In this document: one piece after another, positions 10,610-20,361 of the stretch
How positions within the stretch are numbered: the stretch's first letter is position 1
Layout: each line of letters starts with the position of its first letter
Origin: a virus
Taxonomy: Duplodnaviria > Caudoviricetes
Reading direction: 5' to 3' (one strand)
IMG/VR virus record: IMGVR_UViG_3300042304_001334
Location: 4,033-68,032 of that record
Length of the DNA stretch: 64,000 nt
The notes under the pieces: model-generated
Seen by the model: only the letters and a program-made list of their open reading frames with translations
Database searches by the model: none
What the model was told of the DNA's origin: nothing
Program-made: the position numbers and the translations under genes

Positions 10610-10811
10610 AACTTTTGAAAATCTTCGTTTTTTGAATTTTGTTAGATTGTCTGTTATTCACAAGTTCAATTAATGTTTTATTAAAAAACTCGGCCAATGA
10701 ATGAACAATCATCCCTACGATTGCCAAAATTGCAAATACAACAATTGAAAAGAAAATAAACTGAACAATTGTTGACCAGCTTTTGATAATTTCCACAATA
10801 TCGGTATACAT
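10602..10811 (-). CDS. small membrane protein
   Basis: One hydrophobic segment, basic C-terminal tail. Confidence 0.6.
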   Translation of the reverse strand: MYTDIVEIIKSWSTIVQFIFFSIVVFAILAIVGMIVHSLAEFFNKTLIELVNNRQSNKIQKTKIFKSYD

Positions 10812-10871
10812 GATTCTGAAACCATTATATGCTTAAAATGTATATTAGCCAGCCTTTTTCGTTTTGATGTG

Positions 10872-11528
10872 TTATTTTTTACTTTCTTCAACGATCTTGG
10901 TTTTTTTTGTGGAGTCTATATCAAATTTCGTAAGATATTTTAATGCTGTTTTTTTCCAAATTTCATTTTCATTTTTTCTATCAAAACACCATAATATATA
11001 TTTTTCACGTTTGTTGGATCTAACTTGTTCATCCATTTCTCTTAAAAATGCAAATATCTTCTGCCTATTTTCTCCCCATAAAGAAGATCCCATGTGTGAA
11101 TCATACAAAAAATGCAGATTTTTTCCGGTTGGTCCAAGAGAGAACCAATAAATTTGATCCATAGCCGATTCTGGAAATCCTCTTGGGGCTGATAATTTTA
11201 CATGGACCGAGTTGTCGTCGGAATTATTTATTGCATCTACAATACCTCCGCGCAAATATCCGGCTGGTGGCTGCATATTTTCTTTCCAACCATTGGATGC
11301 ATTTTTTATCATCCAATACACTTTAAATTTTTTTCGTTTATTCTCTTTTGCTTTTTTTATTTCTTCATTCAATTTTCCCAAAATTATCGCGATACTGCCG
11401 TACTTTATAGGATCTCCCATACCAGAGTCATACATTGCAAATGTAGTATTTTTTATTACTTCAAAAATGAAAAATACAGTATCATTTATAGAAGTAGGCT
11501 GTTTGAATCTTAATATTTTTGCGCTCAT
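10872..11528 (-). CDS. hypothetical protein
   Basis: 218-aa ORF with TATTTATA motif 3 nt upstream of ATG. Confidence 0.7.
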   Translation of the reverse strand: MSAKILRFKQPTSINDTVFFIFEVIKNTTFAMYDSGMGDPIKYGSIAIILGKLNEEIKKAKENKRKKFKVYWMIKNASNGWKENMQPPAGYLRGGIVDAINNSDDNSVHVKLSAPRGFPESAMDQIYWFSLGPTGKNLHFLYDSHMGSSLWGENRQKIFAFLREMDEQVRSNKREKYILWCFDRKNENEIWKKTALKYLTKFDIDSTKKTKIVEESKK

Positions 11529-11540
11529 ATATATAAATAG

Positions 11541-11574
11541 AAAATCCGCCGAGCTTTTAACTCGGCGGATTTTT
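11541..11574. terminator. intrinsic terminator, bidirectional shape
   Basis: aaaatccgccgag-ctttta a-ctcggcggatttt inverted repeat. Confidence 0.85.
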
Positions 11575-11595
11575 CACATGATCGTCGTTGATCTA

Positions 11596-11967
11596 TTAAC
11601 TCACGTGGGCAGTTTCGCTCGCGGGTTGAACCACAGATTTGTTCTTATTGTCGGTCGTCACTTCAGCAACCGAAATGGTTGTCAGCGTATCGCTGGCGGC
11701 AATAACACCAGCAGCTTTTGCGGCTTCAAGCAATTCCTTGCTAGGATTTGCGCGAGAGAATACAAGCTTTGGGCGACCAATAGCTGGCTTGATTTTTCCA
11801 ATGACCATAACATCTTTGTTTTCAACAGCCTGCTTTACACGAAAGCGAAGGGTGATATTGACTGCATCTGGATACTTACCTTGAATGTCCTCAATTGTAA
11901 AGTGGCTTGTGGGCCATTCAATGATGAACGAGTTTTTCTTACTTGTCTTATTTGTTTTATTTGACAT
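11596..11967 (-). CDS. hypothetical protein, possibly DNA-binding
   Basis: Basic 123-aa ORF with GRPKLVF segment. Confidence 0.7.
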   Translation of the reverse strand: MSNKTNKTSKKNSFIIEWPTSHFTIEDIQGKYPDAVNITLRFRVKQAVENKDVMVIGKIKPAIGRPKLVFSRANPSKELLEAAKAAGVIAASDTLTTISVAEVTTDNKNKSVVQPASETAHVS

Positions 11968-12015
11968 ATATTTTATTAGTTAGTTGATTTATTTATTTTA
12001 TTTCTGGCAAACTTT

Positions 12016-13239
12016 TTATCGCACGTGATCGTTAAATCCGTCCGAATAACCATCACGATGCTCATCGCTGGCATCGGTGGTTAGATTGGTCTGATATGGA
12101 AGATCATATCTGGCATCGTGTTCTCCTTGAATATAACCATCAGTATATTCATCATCGTCAGCATCTTCGTCGTCCGGAATATCCGAATCGGCTTGGTTTG
12201 TGCGTTGATTATAACCGTCATTATAACCAATACGATAAGAGTTTTCTCGGCTATAGTCACGACTGGTTCCATATTGCATGTCGCCGTTGATGTCAGACTC
12301 ACCAAGTTCATAACCTTCGCTATAAGCTTCTGCATTCCATGGTGAGGTTGTGTCAACCTTTGATGTGGTTGAGGATTTGCTATCACAAGAGCAATCATCT
12401 TCACATGCACCATCGGTGGGTTCTTGATTATAATCCCAATCAGTATTGATCTCTTCGGCGTTGCTTGTATAAACAACCTTGTCCAACTCCTTGACAACAT
12501 CAAGGATTTCGGATGCAACGGTATATTCACACACACGCATCTTGGTGTGACCCTCATATTTCGGAACGCTCACAACATCCTTGGGGTTGACCTTGACGAT
12601 CAACAAACGGTTTCCGTTCGCAGAACGGACTTCGCCTTTAACAAAGTGACCATAGCCAACAACATAATCAAGAGCACCAACATGCAGACCCTTGCTGCAA
12701 TCAATACCATAGTTGTCATCAACCATATTGCGAGGCATAGAAACAACCGAACCAACGCTATTCAAGAACTTGCCAGAGTAAATGTCGGTATAATCGCTGC
12801 GAACCGCTTTATATGCCAAAAAACAACCATCGTCTGTGATAGGAAGACCATAGTTCTCAAGGAACCAATATGTTTCACTCACGCCGCGAGCAGAAGGATT
12901 CTGCATAAGATTTTCAAGAAATTTGACCATATGATCAAACTTGAAACCTTCGCTCATCATTTTGATGATGCGGTCGGTTAGAGTATTATGAACAACAAAA
13001 CCACCATACAAGATTTGACCATTCTCAATCTTTACGCGATTACCAGTGTATTGAGATACAGCTTTGGCAACATTGACAAGATTTTCAATTTTGTTGAAAT
13101 CTCCTGCTTTGATGCTGTCGATGATTTTATTATAGTTGCGGTGGTCTGGTGCCACAGTCAAACACTCGTTCTTTAGATAGAGCGTGACGGAGCCGTTGGT
13201 CTTGATGACATACGGAATGCTGTTTTGTGTGTTACTCAT
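12016..13239 (-). CDS. rIIB: rIIB-like protein
   Basis: FLENLMQNPS, ITDDGCFLAYK, CSKGLHVG, KVNPKDVVSVP, KMRVCEY. Confidence 0.9.
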   Translation of the reverse strand: MSNTQNSIPYVIKTNGSVTLYLKNECLTVAPDHRNYNKIIDSIKAGDFNKIENLVNVAKAVSQYTGNRVKIENGQILYGGFVVHNTLTDRIIKMMSEGFKFDHMVKFLENLMQNPSARGVSETYWFLENYGLPITDDGCFLAYKAVRSDYTDIYSGKFLNSVGSVVSMPRNMVDDNYGIDCSKGLHVGALDYVVGYGHFVKGEVRSANGNRLLIVKVNPKDVVSVPKYEGHTKMRVCEYTVASEILDVVKELDKVVYTSNAEEINTDWDYNQEPTDGACEDDCSCDSKSSTTSKVDTTSPWNAEAYSEGYELGESDINGDMQYGTSRDYSRENSYRIGYNDGYNQRTNQADSDIPDDEDADDDEYTDGYIQGEHDARYDLPYQTNLTTDASDEHRDGYSDGFNDHVR

Positions 13240-13274
13240 ATTATTTTTTATTAGTTAATCTATTCAATGATGCT

Positions 13275-13303
13275 ATATTATGTGGATTATTTATTAATGT
13301 CAA
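13275..13303 (-). promoter_or_regulatory. sigma70-like promoter TTGACA-N17-TAATAT
   Basis: Intergenic, upstream of rIIB. Confidence 0.6.
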
Positions 13304-13309
13304 TATATT

Positions 13310-15499
13310 TTAGCTATTTTCGTCAATAAAGTTGATGATTTTATAAATTGGTGCAGAAACTGTGGAGTAGTGTTCTCCAATGTCCAGCACACCAAGATAC
13401 TTTTCAGTCAACATTTTCTTGAACTCAGTTGGATCAATATCCAACTCGGTATGTTTATTTGCTTTGATGTCAAACAGTTCCAAGAACTTGACATTGTTGG
13501 AACTATCTTTGAGCAGTTCGCTATAAGATTTTACAAATGTTTGGAACTTTTTGCGAGTGTCAATGTTTGTAATATTGCTCACGATTTGCGGACAGCGAGT
13601 AAGCTTGTTATAAATACCACTGGCTGTTTCAAACTTAGCACGACTTTGCATGCGATACAAATCTTGTTCATGTTTGGCTTTGTCAGCATGCACAGCCTTC
13701 TTTACAACATCAAAAATATTGATCCATTTACCAATCTTGAGCAAGTTTTTGTTCTTTACATTGATACCATAAATCATGGTTTCAGAACCATTGAGCTTGT
13801 TGTCTACAAACAATTTTAATGCTTCAGACATATGATCTTCAATATTCTTGCCATTGTTCCAAACAGGATCGGCATAAAAGAAATCAACATAATAATATGT
13901 ACCAGCAGAATCAAATGTAGCGGCTTTTTTACCCCAATAAACATATGCTCCATTATGGTGCTTCTTTGTTGGCTTGATAAACTCACTGATATCTGCATAG
14001 AAAATTTCGTCAGTACCAGCGGTCTTTTTTTGACGAGGTGTTGGCGGAGGTTTGGGCAGAGACTCAATATTGGTGACAATATTTTTGTTCCAACCAAAAT
14101 AATTCATATGCTTATTGAATGTATCATTGTTCTTGGATTCATCTGTGATGATATAACAAGTGGGAAATACACCAGTGGCATACTTTGTACGCAAATGATA
14201 TCGCAGCCGAGCACTCTTGATTGCGGAAAGATTTGTATAAAAAATATCTACACCACGGTTTTCAGAATACGTAGTATAATTTGAAGTGCGCTTGAAACGA
14301 CCATTGGCGCTATCAAGCATATACACCGTAAATCCACCACCAACATTGGTTGTTGGGTCAAATGCTCCAGTTGCTTTATGCACAGTATTGATATTTTCAC
14401 TGCCATGCGTTACAATCAATCCATTATACTTGATTGGAATATCACCAATGATATTACGAATATGGCTATATTGACTTTGGTAGCCATTATATTTTGCGTA
14501 TAGATGCATAGCTTCCCAACGACTCTTGGGAGTTTCAATGCTCTTATATACCATTTCTTTTAGTTCGTCAACGGCGGTTCGTAGTACAGAAATAATAGCC
14601 AATGTGGTGGCATTGTTGTCTTCATACTGAAGCTGTTCTTTGTTGGGCGCAACTTCCAGTTCACCAATATCAAAGAAAAAGTCAAAATTGCCATAGTTCA
14701 AAGCTTGTTCAAGCTTGTAAACATCGTTATTGGGAACATTGCGCAAGGCATTACGCAAAGCACTGGCGTTGATAGGATAGCAATAGTTGCCCATGAACGC
14801 ATTGCATCCACGGTTATAATAGCCGCCATCATTCTTGCGCATAGACCAACGCTTGCCAGTATAGATATACTCGCGTGGCTTGTATTCAATATTGGCACCA
14901 ACAATGGTTGGACGATAACGAAACGGTTCATATGCACGAACAATCTTGTCTTGCCACATACCAATGTCACCAATCTTTACACCAAACTTGATTTCTACAC
15001 CGTTATGTTCATTAGAATCTTGCGTAACAACATGCAGAATGCTGGGAGAACCAGATTCATCAATAAAGCAGTTGTAAACATGCTTCTTACCCTTATAGAA
15101 AGAAGTTACATTGAAGTTATCAGTATAATTGAATGGAGTCTTGCTGCCCAGTCCCATGCAACCATCACTGTCATTATCAGCAGTCTTTGTGGATTCAAAA
15201 TATGTAGTATAGATAGTGTCAATAGCTTCTGGAGTCAAACCAGTGCCAAAGTCGCGAACACTGAACCACGGCTCCAGTGTGTTGGGTGCATGAACCTCAA
15301 ACATCTTTTCAGTGTTCTTGGCCTTGACATGACTGTCCCATGCATTGGCACCAAGTTCACGCGGAATGGCGAGAATTGGTTCGCTATAAAAACCAGACAA
15401 AATCTTGAACGCCTTGGCAGACGCCTTGATCTTGAAACGAGTCGGTGCAGAAAGAATATTGCTGATGACTGGTGAGGATTTTTCTTGTGTGATAATCAT
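13310..15499 (-). CDS. rIIA: rIIA-like protein (GHKL ATPase N-terminus)
   Basis: RELGANAWDSH, RDFGTGL, STK, GLGSKTPF; adjacent to rIIB. Confidence 0.9.
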   Translation of the reverse strand: MIITQEKSSPVISNILSAPTRFKIKASAKAFKILSGFYSEPILAIPRELGANAWDSHVKAKNTEKMFEVHAPNTLEPWFSVRDFGTGLTPEAIDTIYTTYFESTKTADNDSDGCMGLGSKTPFNYTDNFNVTSFYKGKKHVYNCFIDESGSPSILHVVTQDSNEHNGVEIKFGVKIGDIGMWQDKIVRAYEPFRYRPTIVGANIEYKPREYIYTGKRWSMRKNDGGYYNRGCNAFMGNYCYPINASALRNALRNVPNNDVYKLEQALNYGNFDFFFDIGELEVAPNKEQLQYEDNNATTLAIISVLRTAVDELKEMVYKSIETPKSRWEAMHLYAKYNGYQSQYSHIRNIIGDIPIKYNGLIVTHGSENINTVHKATGAFDPTTNVGGGFTVYMLDSANGRFKRTSNYTTYSENRGVDIFYTNLSAIKSARLRYHLRTKYATGVFPTCYIITDESKNNDTFNKHMNYFGWNKNIVTNIESLPKPPPTPRQKKTAGTDEIFYADISEFIKPTKKHHNGAYVYWGKKAATFDSAGTYYYVDFFYADPVWNNGKNIEDHMSEALKLFVDNKLNGSETMIYGINVKNKNLLKIGKWINIFDVVKKAVHADKAKHEQDLYRMQSRAKFETASGIYNKLTRCPQIVSNITNIDTRKKFQTFVKSYSELLKDSSNNVKFLELFDIKANKHTELDIDPTEFKKMLTEKYLGVLDIGEHYSTVSAPIYKIINFIDENS

Positions 15500-15569
15500 G
15501 TGTTTTTTATTACTATGCTATTAGTATGCCGACATAATATATAAAGTCAAGACGTTTTGATAAAAAGTA

Positions 15570-17582
15570 TCAACTTTCTTTGGAAAGAAACATTTTATTC
15601 AATGTATGAGCAATCTGCACAACATTCTGAACATCAATAAATTGTGCATCTTTGCCATACATTGTACGAAACAAGTTGGAATTTTTATCAGAAAGTTTGC
15701 TGTTTGTATTATTACATTCAACAAAATAGCTCAAAACAGATACGCCAATTTCACGAATTTTATTGATTTGCTTCTTTGTGTGTTCTGCTGCGACGTTTCC
15801 ATAATAACTCACACCAAATGCAGGTTCGCCATCAGACAGATTTACAAAATAACTATCCATTTCATGTGTAGAAGCAGGAATATGCTTGATAATTGCCTGA
15901 AATGCAAGTCCTTCTGGAGTAGAACCATGTGGAAATAACAATGGAAATAATTGAACAATCTTATTGAACTTGTCTTTGCGCGAATCATATGCCAAAACAA
16001 TATAAGGAGTTTCATATCCACCACGATCTTTAGAAACTCCACTTCTAAATGAAATACTTAAAGTTACATTATTGATCATACTAACAGCCTTGGCAATTGC
16101 AACAAGTGTTGTCATTGTTTTTTCCCACTTTGTTTCCATTGAAGAAGAAGCATCCACAGTTACATGCAAATGAGCATTCTTATATTTGTCTGTGGTAGTT
16201 TGGTAAAACAAATTTTCTCCTTGAAATCCAATAGATGCCAACAAACGTTTATCAATCTTACCTTTTTGTAGGCGAGTAAATTTTGTGGTTTTTACTTCAC
16301 TACGAATTTGCAATTTTCTACCAAGCATGGTTCCGATAATAATTCCCTGCTGTACTCCTCGCATAGAAGCGGGATTTCCAGTTTCGCGAGAAAACTTACT
16401 GGTGTAAGGAAATTCCGATGTCATCATGAGTTCACGAGTCATGTTTTTTACCACAATACAATCAACCTTTGGTACAGTTTCATCTCCCACCTGTACAATA
16501 TCAACGGAGCTTTGTTCAAGGATTTGAAGTTTTTTGATTGTGTCTTTATCAAATGTAGATTGCTTAACTTCGCGTGAGACAATTTGTTCTTGTTTATCAA
16601 TGAGTTTATCGACCTTTTTCTTTTCGGCGTTGGACAAATCTTTGGACGGATTTTCATCCGGTGTTTCATCAACATCGTCTTGAATAGGATTTGCAGAAGA
16701 CGGAGTTCCGCCCAATACATCATCAACATCGTCGTTGGAATCTGACTGTTCTGATTTATCATCGGATGGTTCATCGCCACCAGATTGCTTATCTTGATTG
16801 TCTTTATTTTTGTCTTGTTGCTTGGGATTTTCTTTTTCTTCCACAACACTCTTGAGTATTTCTTCTGTGATTTGATACGCAAGTTCCAGACGGTCCTTGG
16901 GATTTGATAGTTCAGTCCTCAGAATATTATTCAAATCCAACAATTCGCCAATCTTACGCAAAGCTGGTAGAGCATCCAAGTCAGTATTAACATTGGTGAT
17001 ATTGGTAAAACGAAATTTATAGTTTTTGACAGTGGTATTTCTATAAGCATCGGACTTCAATGCTTCACCAATTTCAGGCAGATTGAAATAACGGTCATAT
17101 AATGCTTGATAATATCCACGATAGCCCGGTGCACTTTCATATGCACATGCATCAATATATCTATCTTCAACTACATTGAGAATATATTTCGCCAATCCAC
17201 TAATATAGTTTTGATCAAAATGACCTTTTGCAGCGGCAGTCAAACTGCGAGGAATTTTTCCCCACATGGTTTTTACCAAGTCAAAATCGCTTTTGACAAT
17301 ATGCATAGCTTCGTGCAACGACAATCCAACTGTGGGGTCAAATTCACCCTTGGTCAATTCACCACCAATGTAAATAACTTTACCATCAGTCATGGATGTT
17401 GAGTTCTCGGCGAAACGAACAGGAATGTTCTTTCCAGTAAGAATATATACAAAGTTGCCAATAGCACGGCGATATGCCGAAAGTTTGAGCAACGCAATCG
17501 TGGAACTGGTGTCAAACTTTTGAGTATTGAAATCGTCGCCAAGCCAAAACTTGGAATGATCTGCTAAAATTTTTGTTTTCAT
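15570..17582 (-). CDS. VWA-domain protein with HExxH region (MoxR partner)
   Basis: HEAMH, NVVEDRYID, acidic linker, MIDAS DASSSM, TPEG, SDGEP. Confidence 0.85.
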   Translation of the reverse strand: MKTKILADHSKFWLGDDFNTQKFDTSSTIALLKLSAYRRAIGNFVYILTGKNIPVRFAENSTSMTDGKVIYIGGELTKGEFDPTVGLSLHEAMHIVKSDFDLVKTMWGKIPRSLTAAAKGHFDQNYISGLAKYILNVVEDRYIDACAYESAPGYRGYYQALYDRYFNLPEIGEALKSDAYRNTTVKNYKFRFTNITNVNTDLDALPALRKIGELLDLNNILRTELSNPKDRLELAYQITEEILKSVVEEKENPKQQDKNKDNQDKQSGGDEPSDDKSEQSDSNDDVDDVLGGTPSSANPIQDDVDETPDENPSKDLSNAEKKKVDKLIDKQEQIVSREVKQSTFDKDTIKKLQILEQSSVDIVQVGDETVPKVDCIVVKNMTRELMMTSEFPYTSKFSRETGNPASMRGVQQGIIIGTMLGRKLQIRSEVKTTKFTRLQKGKIDKRLLASIGFQGENLFYQTTTDKYKNAHLHVTVDASSSMETKWEKTMTTLVAIAKAVSMINNVTLSISFRSGVSKDRGGYETPYIVLAYDSRKDKFNKIVQLFPLLFPHGSTPEGLAFQAIIKHIPASTHEMDSYFVNLSDGEPAFGVSYYGNVAAEHTKKQINKIREIGVSVLSYFVECNNTNSKLSDKNSNLFRTMYGKDAQFIDVQNVVQIAHTLNKMFLSKES

Positions 17583-18355
17583 TAGAACGGGGGCAAATCG
17601 TCTTTGTTCTGGTTGTTTGTGTTGAACACTTTGTTCAATGGATCGGATTTGACCGCAACATGTTTTTGTACAACTTGTTTGACCATTGTGCGTTCACTGT
17701 CCAAACCACCGTCGTCTGGATAGTCTGGGTAAATGACCATTTCAGCCAACTCTACCAAGCTAAATCCATCCACGGTAAGTTCAGCCATTTCTACAACAGA
17801 ACGAGTAGAAACAAAACGACTCAACTTTCCTTGCTTTGTAAACTCACGAGTTGTAGCAGCAATTTGTGCAATCTTGTCCATGAGATTCATATCAGCGTCA
17901 GGACAAACCACCTTTATCAACTTCAGTTCTTCTTCGGAAGAAAGAATATCAACTTCAATCTTAACCGTGAAACGATCAGTCAAAGCTTTGTCCATGACTC
18001 GTGTAGCTGTATAATCATTGCCAATGTTTGCCGTGGCGATGAAACACACTCCGTCCGCGACCTTGACGACCTTTCCACCCCACTCATCTAATCGCAAATA
18101 TCTTTGATTGTCGAGGACGGGCATCAATATATTCACGGCGTCGTGGTTGGCTCGACTCAATTCATCCAGAATGATTATTGATCCGGTGGTAGAAATGGCT
18201 TTTACAAACGGGGATTCTTGAAAGAATGTTCCGGTTTCTTTGGACAACTGGGTATTTCCTATAATCGTGGCACGAGCATCTTGGGTGCTTCCGAGATTTA
18301 CCACAAATAATGGTTTAGTTCTGTTGTAAGTTACTTTGTATTTTTTGTTTTTCAT
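17582..18355 (-). CDS. MoxR-like AAA+ ATPase, C-terminal fragment
   Basis: NLGSTQDARATIIGN, Walker B IILDELSR, FIATAN, MDKALTDRF; no Walker A; likely start MKNKKYK at 18355. Confidence 0.85.
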   Translation of the reverse strand: MKNKKYKVTYNRTKPLFVVNLGSTQDARATIIGNTQLSKETGTFFQESPFVKAISTTGSIIILDELSRANHDAVNILMPVLDNQRYLRLDEWGGKVVKVADGVCFIATANIGNDYTATRVMDKALTDRFTVKIEVDILSSEEELKLIKVVCPDADMNLMDKIAQIAATTREFTKQGKLSRFVSTRSVVEMAELTVDGFSLVELAEMVIYPDYPDDGGLDSERTMVKQVVQKHVAVKSDPLNKVFNTNNQNKDDLPPF

Positions 18356-19034
18356 TTCTGTATTTTTCCCATCTTTTTTTTGCTGCATCGGATTGTTTTT
18401 TCTTTATTTCTTCTTTTGTGAGTGGAACTTTTATTCCATACTTTTTTATTTTTTGTTCTCTATATTTCGCCCATCTTTCTTTGGTTGCCTCTCCTATATT
18501 TTTCTTTCCTTCTTCTGTTAGAAACGACGTTCCCATTCTTGCCTCACTTATCTTCTTGCGGGTTTCTTCGGAATAAACTTTTCCTGTGTTGGCGTCTTTC
18601 ACTCTTTTTCGTTGATATTCGGACTGAGTTCTTCCGAACATTGGATTTGTTTCTCCTTGGTTGTGCTCTGTTATTTTCTTTCTGTATTCTTCGTTTGTTT
18701 CATACGCCATCCTCACGGCTGCACTAATCTTTTTTCTTGTTTCTTCTTTCGTCGTAACCTTTGGACGCAAACCGCTATCTCTTTGTATATTATATGATTT
18801 TTTGTCATTTATGGCATCATATTTGTCTATCCAGTATATCTCTCTCTCCAAAAGTTTTCCCAAATCGGTTCCACCCACTACTTCTATTGTTTGTTTTGTA
18901 AAGTTTTTCTTTCCGTATTTTTTGATTGCCGCCTTTATCGCCCTCCCCGAGCCATAGTAGTTTAGATTATTGGCTGCGTCTTTTCCGATGTAATAACGTT
19001 GATTTAGAGTATTTATGGTTTTATATATTATCAT
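18315..19034 (-). mobile_element. free-standing GIY-YIG homing endonuclease gene with NUMOD3-like repeats, inserted in the MoxR gene
   Basis: MIIYKT...YYIGK, YYGSG, REIYWI, two EETRKKIS repeats. Confidence 0.9.
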
Positions 19035-19073
19035 ACTACTAATAAGTATTAGTTGGTAGGATATTCCACGCTA

Positions 19074-19379
19074 TTATTCTACTATTTCCGTTTTTATAAT
19101 ATGTACGTTAGGATCGTTTTTAAGCAAATTTAGTTGTTCTTCCGTCACCTCTTCTGTCACCTCTTCCTTCAAGGCTTCGGCCAGACATCGACATGCCAAT
19201 GTCTTGCCTTGACCGGCTGGTCCAAGCAACAGAATATTTTTGCCACGCAAAGCACTGCGTACAAGATACTTCCATTTCAATTCGCCCATAAACAGCTTTT
19301 CGGGCTTGAGTGAATAGCAAGTATCAATGATGTCTTTGACTTCGTTGATTGAATATTTCTTTGTTTTACTCATGTCCAT
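19074..19379 (-). CDS. MoxR-like AAA+ ATPase, N-terminal fragment
   Basis: KWKYLVRSALRGKNILLLGPAGQGKT (Walker A), then an acidic tail and TAA TAG; start may be the second ATG at 19373. Confidence 0.85.
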   Translation of the reverse strand: MDMSKTKKYSINEVKDIIDTCYSLKPEKLFMGELKWKYLVRSALRGKNILLLGPAGQGKTLACRCLAEALKEEVTEEVTEEQLNLLKNDPNVHIIKTEIVE

Positions 19380-19380
19380 A

Positions 19381-19408
19381 ACTATGACTTCTTTTTATAG
19401 AAAGTCAA
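19381..19408 (-). promoter_or_regulatory. sigma70-like promoter TTGACT-N16-CATAGT
   Basis: 7 nt before the ATG at 19373. Confidence 0.6.
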
Positions 19409-19420
19409 GTACCATATCAT

Positions 19421-19452
19421 AAAAAACCCCACTTTTTATATAGTGGGGATTT
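19421..19452 (-). terminator. intrinsic terminator
   Basis: ccccact/agtgggg stem with U tract on the minus strand. Confidence 0.7.
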
Positions 19453-19467
19453 GATAGTGTGAATATA

Positions 19468-20358
19468 TCACCACTTTCTACAGCTCCAATATCTTGCCGA
19501 TGTTCTATCTTTTGCCGTAGAACATTTATGTCTTGCTCTGAAACTCTTTCTACGCTTTGGATTGCTCTTTTTGATACGCATGTTTGGATCACCAAAATTT
19601 ACTTTCTTTACATTACCTGTCGTTGGGTTCTTAACAAACACTTTAAATTTTTTTACATCGCCACGCATTGGTTTACCAAGTTTTACTTTGCGACCACGAT
19701 ATTCTGCTTCTTCTAATGTAGCATCAGCATTCATATCACCATACATTTCATAAAATTCATCACCTTCGCATGTATGTTCATCACCTTCTGGAATCATATC
19801 CCATTTGGTTGATTCATATGTTTCTTCCAAATCTTTTTCTCCCATGTTGAACTTTGACTTTGGATTGGTATGGCACCACTTACACTGTTCAAGTTCGGGA
19901 TCGCCGGTGTATTTATCCTGTACTACATACCACCCTTGATTTTCGCAATGAGGACAATCTTCTCCTTCGTTTTCTTCAACCTCGCCCATAAATGCAAATC
20001 TTTTAAATTCTGCATTTTGTGCAGCAATTGCTTCGGCGTTCTTTTTTAACCATTGATCATATGCCCAACTTCCTTTGAATTGCTTGTCAAACCCCGCAAC
20101 TGCGACTGTTGGGGAACTGAGGGCTTGTTTATAATAAACTGCCTTTTCTGCATTTTTTTTCTTTAGAGCATTGCGCAGTTCACGGCGTAATCCATCTCCA
20201 AAATCTTCCTCCTCATTCACAGGTACACAATTTGGAACTTCTTTACCACCCTTGTTCTTTGTACCATATGCTTTATAGCCTTTCCAACATGGATTTTCCA
20301 TTTTTTTAACTTCTTCCACAACTTCACGAATAATAGACTTTAGTTCAGATTTTTTCAT
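19468..20358 (-). CDS. modular protein with MKKSELK leader, Cys-rich mini-domains and a basic C-terminal domain
   Basis: CWKGY...PNCV, CPHC...CKWC, RRKSFRARHKC...ARYWSCRKW. Confidence 0.8.
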   Translation of the reverse strand: MKKSELKSIIREVVEEVKKMENPCWKGYKAYGTKNKGGKEVPNCVPVNEEEDFGDGLRRELRNALKKKNAEKAVYYKQALSSPTVAVAGFDKQFKGSWAYDQWLKKNAEAIAAQNAEFKRFAFMGEVEENEGEDCPHCENQGWYVVQDKYTGDPELEQCKWCHTNPKSKFNMGEKDLEETYESTKWDMIPEGDEHTCEGDEFYEMYGDMNADATLEEAEYRGRKVKLGKPMRGDVKKFKVFVKNPTTGNVKKVNFGDPNMRIKKSNPKRRKSFRARHKCSTAKDRTSARYWSCRKW

Positions 20359-20361
20359 AGG

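Noticed and set aside
18315-19170. Group I intron around the GIY-YIG gene
   Set aside because: Only 39 non-coding nt upstream and the 3' end overlaps the next ORF; no recognisable core elements. RT-PCR would be needed to exclude it fully.
19074-19190. Split intein starting at CLAEAL
   Set aside because: That segment fits the normal helix after Walker A, and the C-fragment has no HINT domain or HN-[CST] junction.
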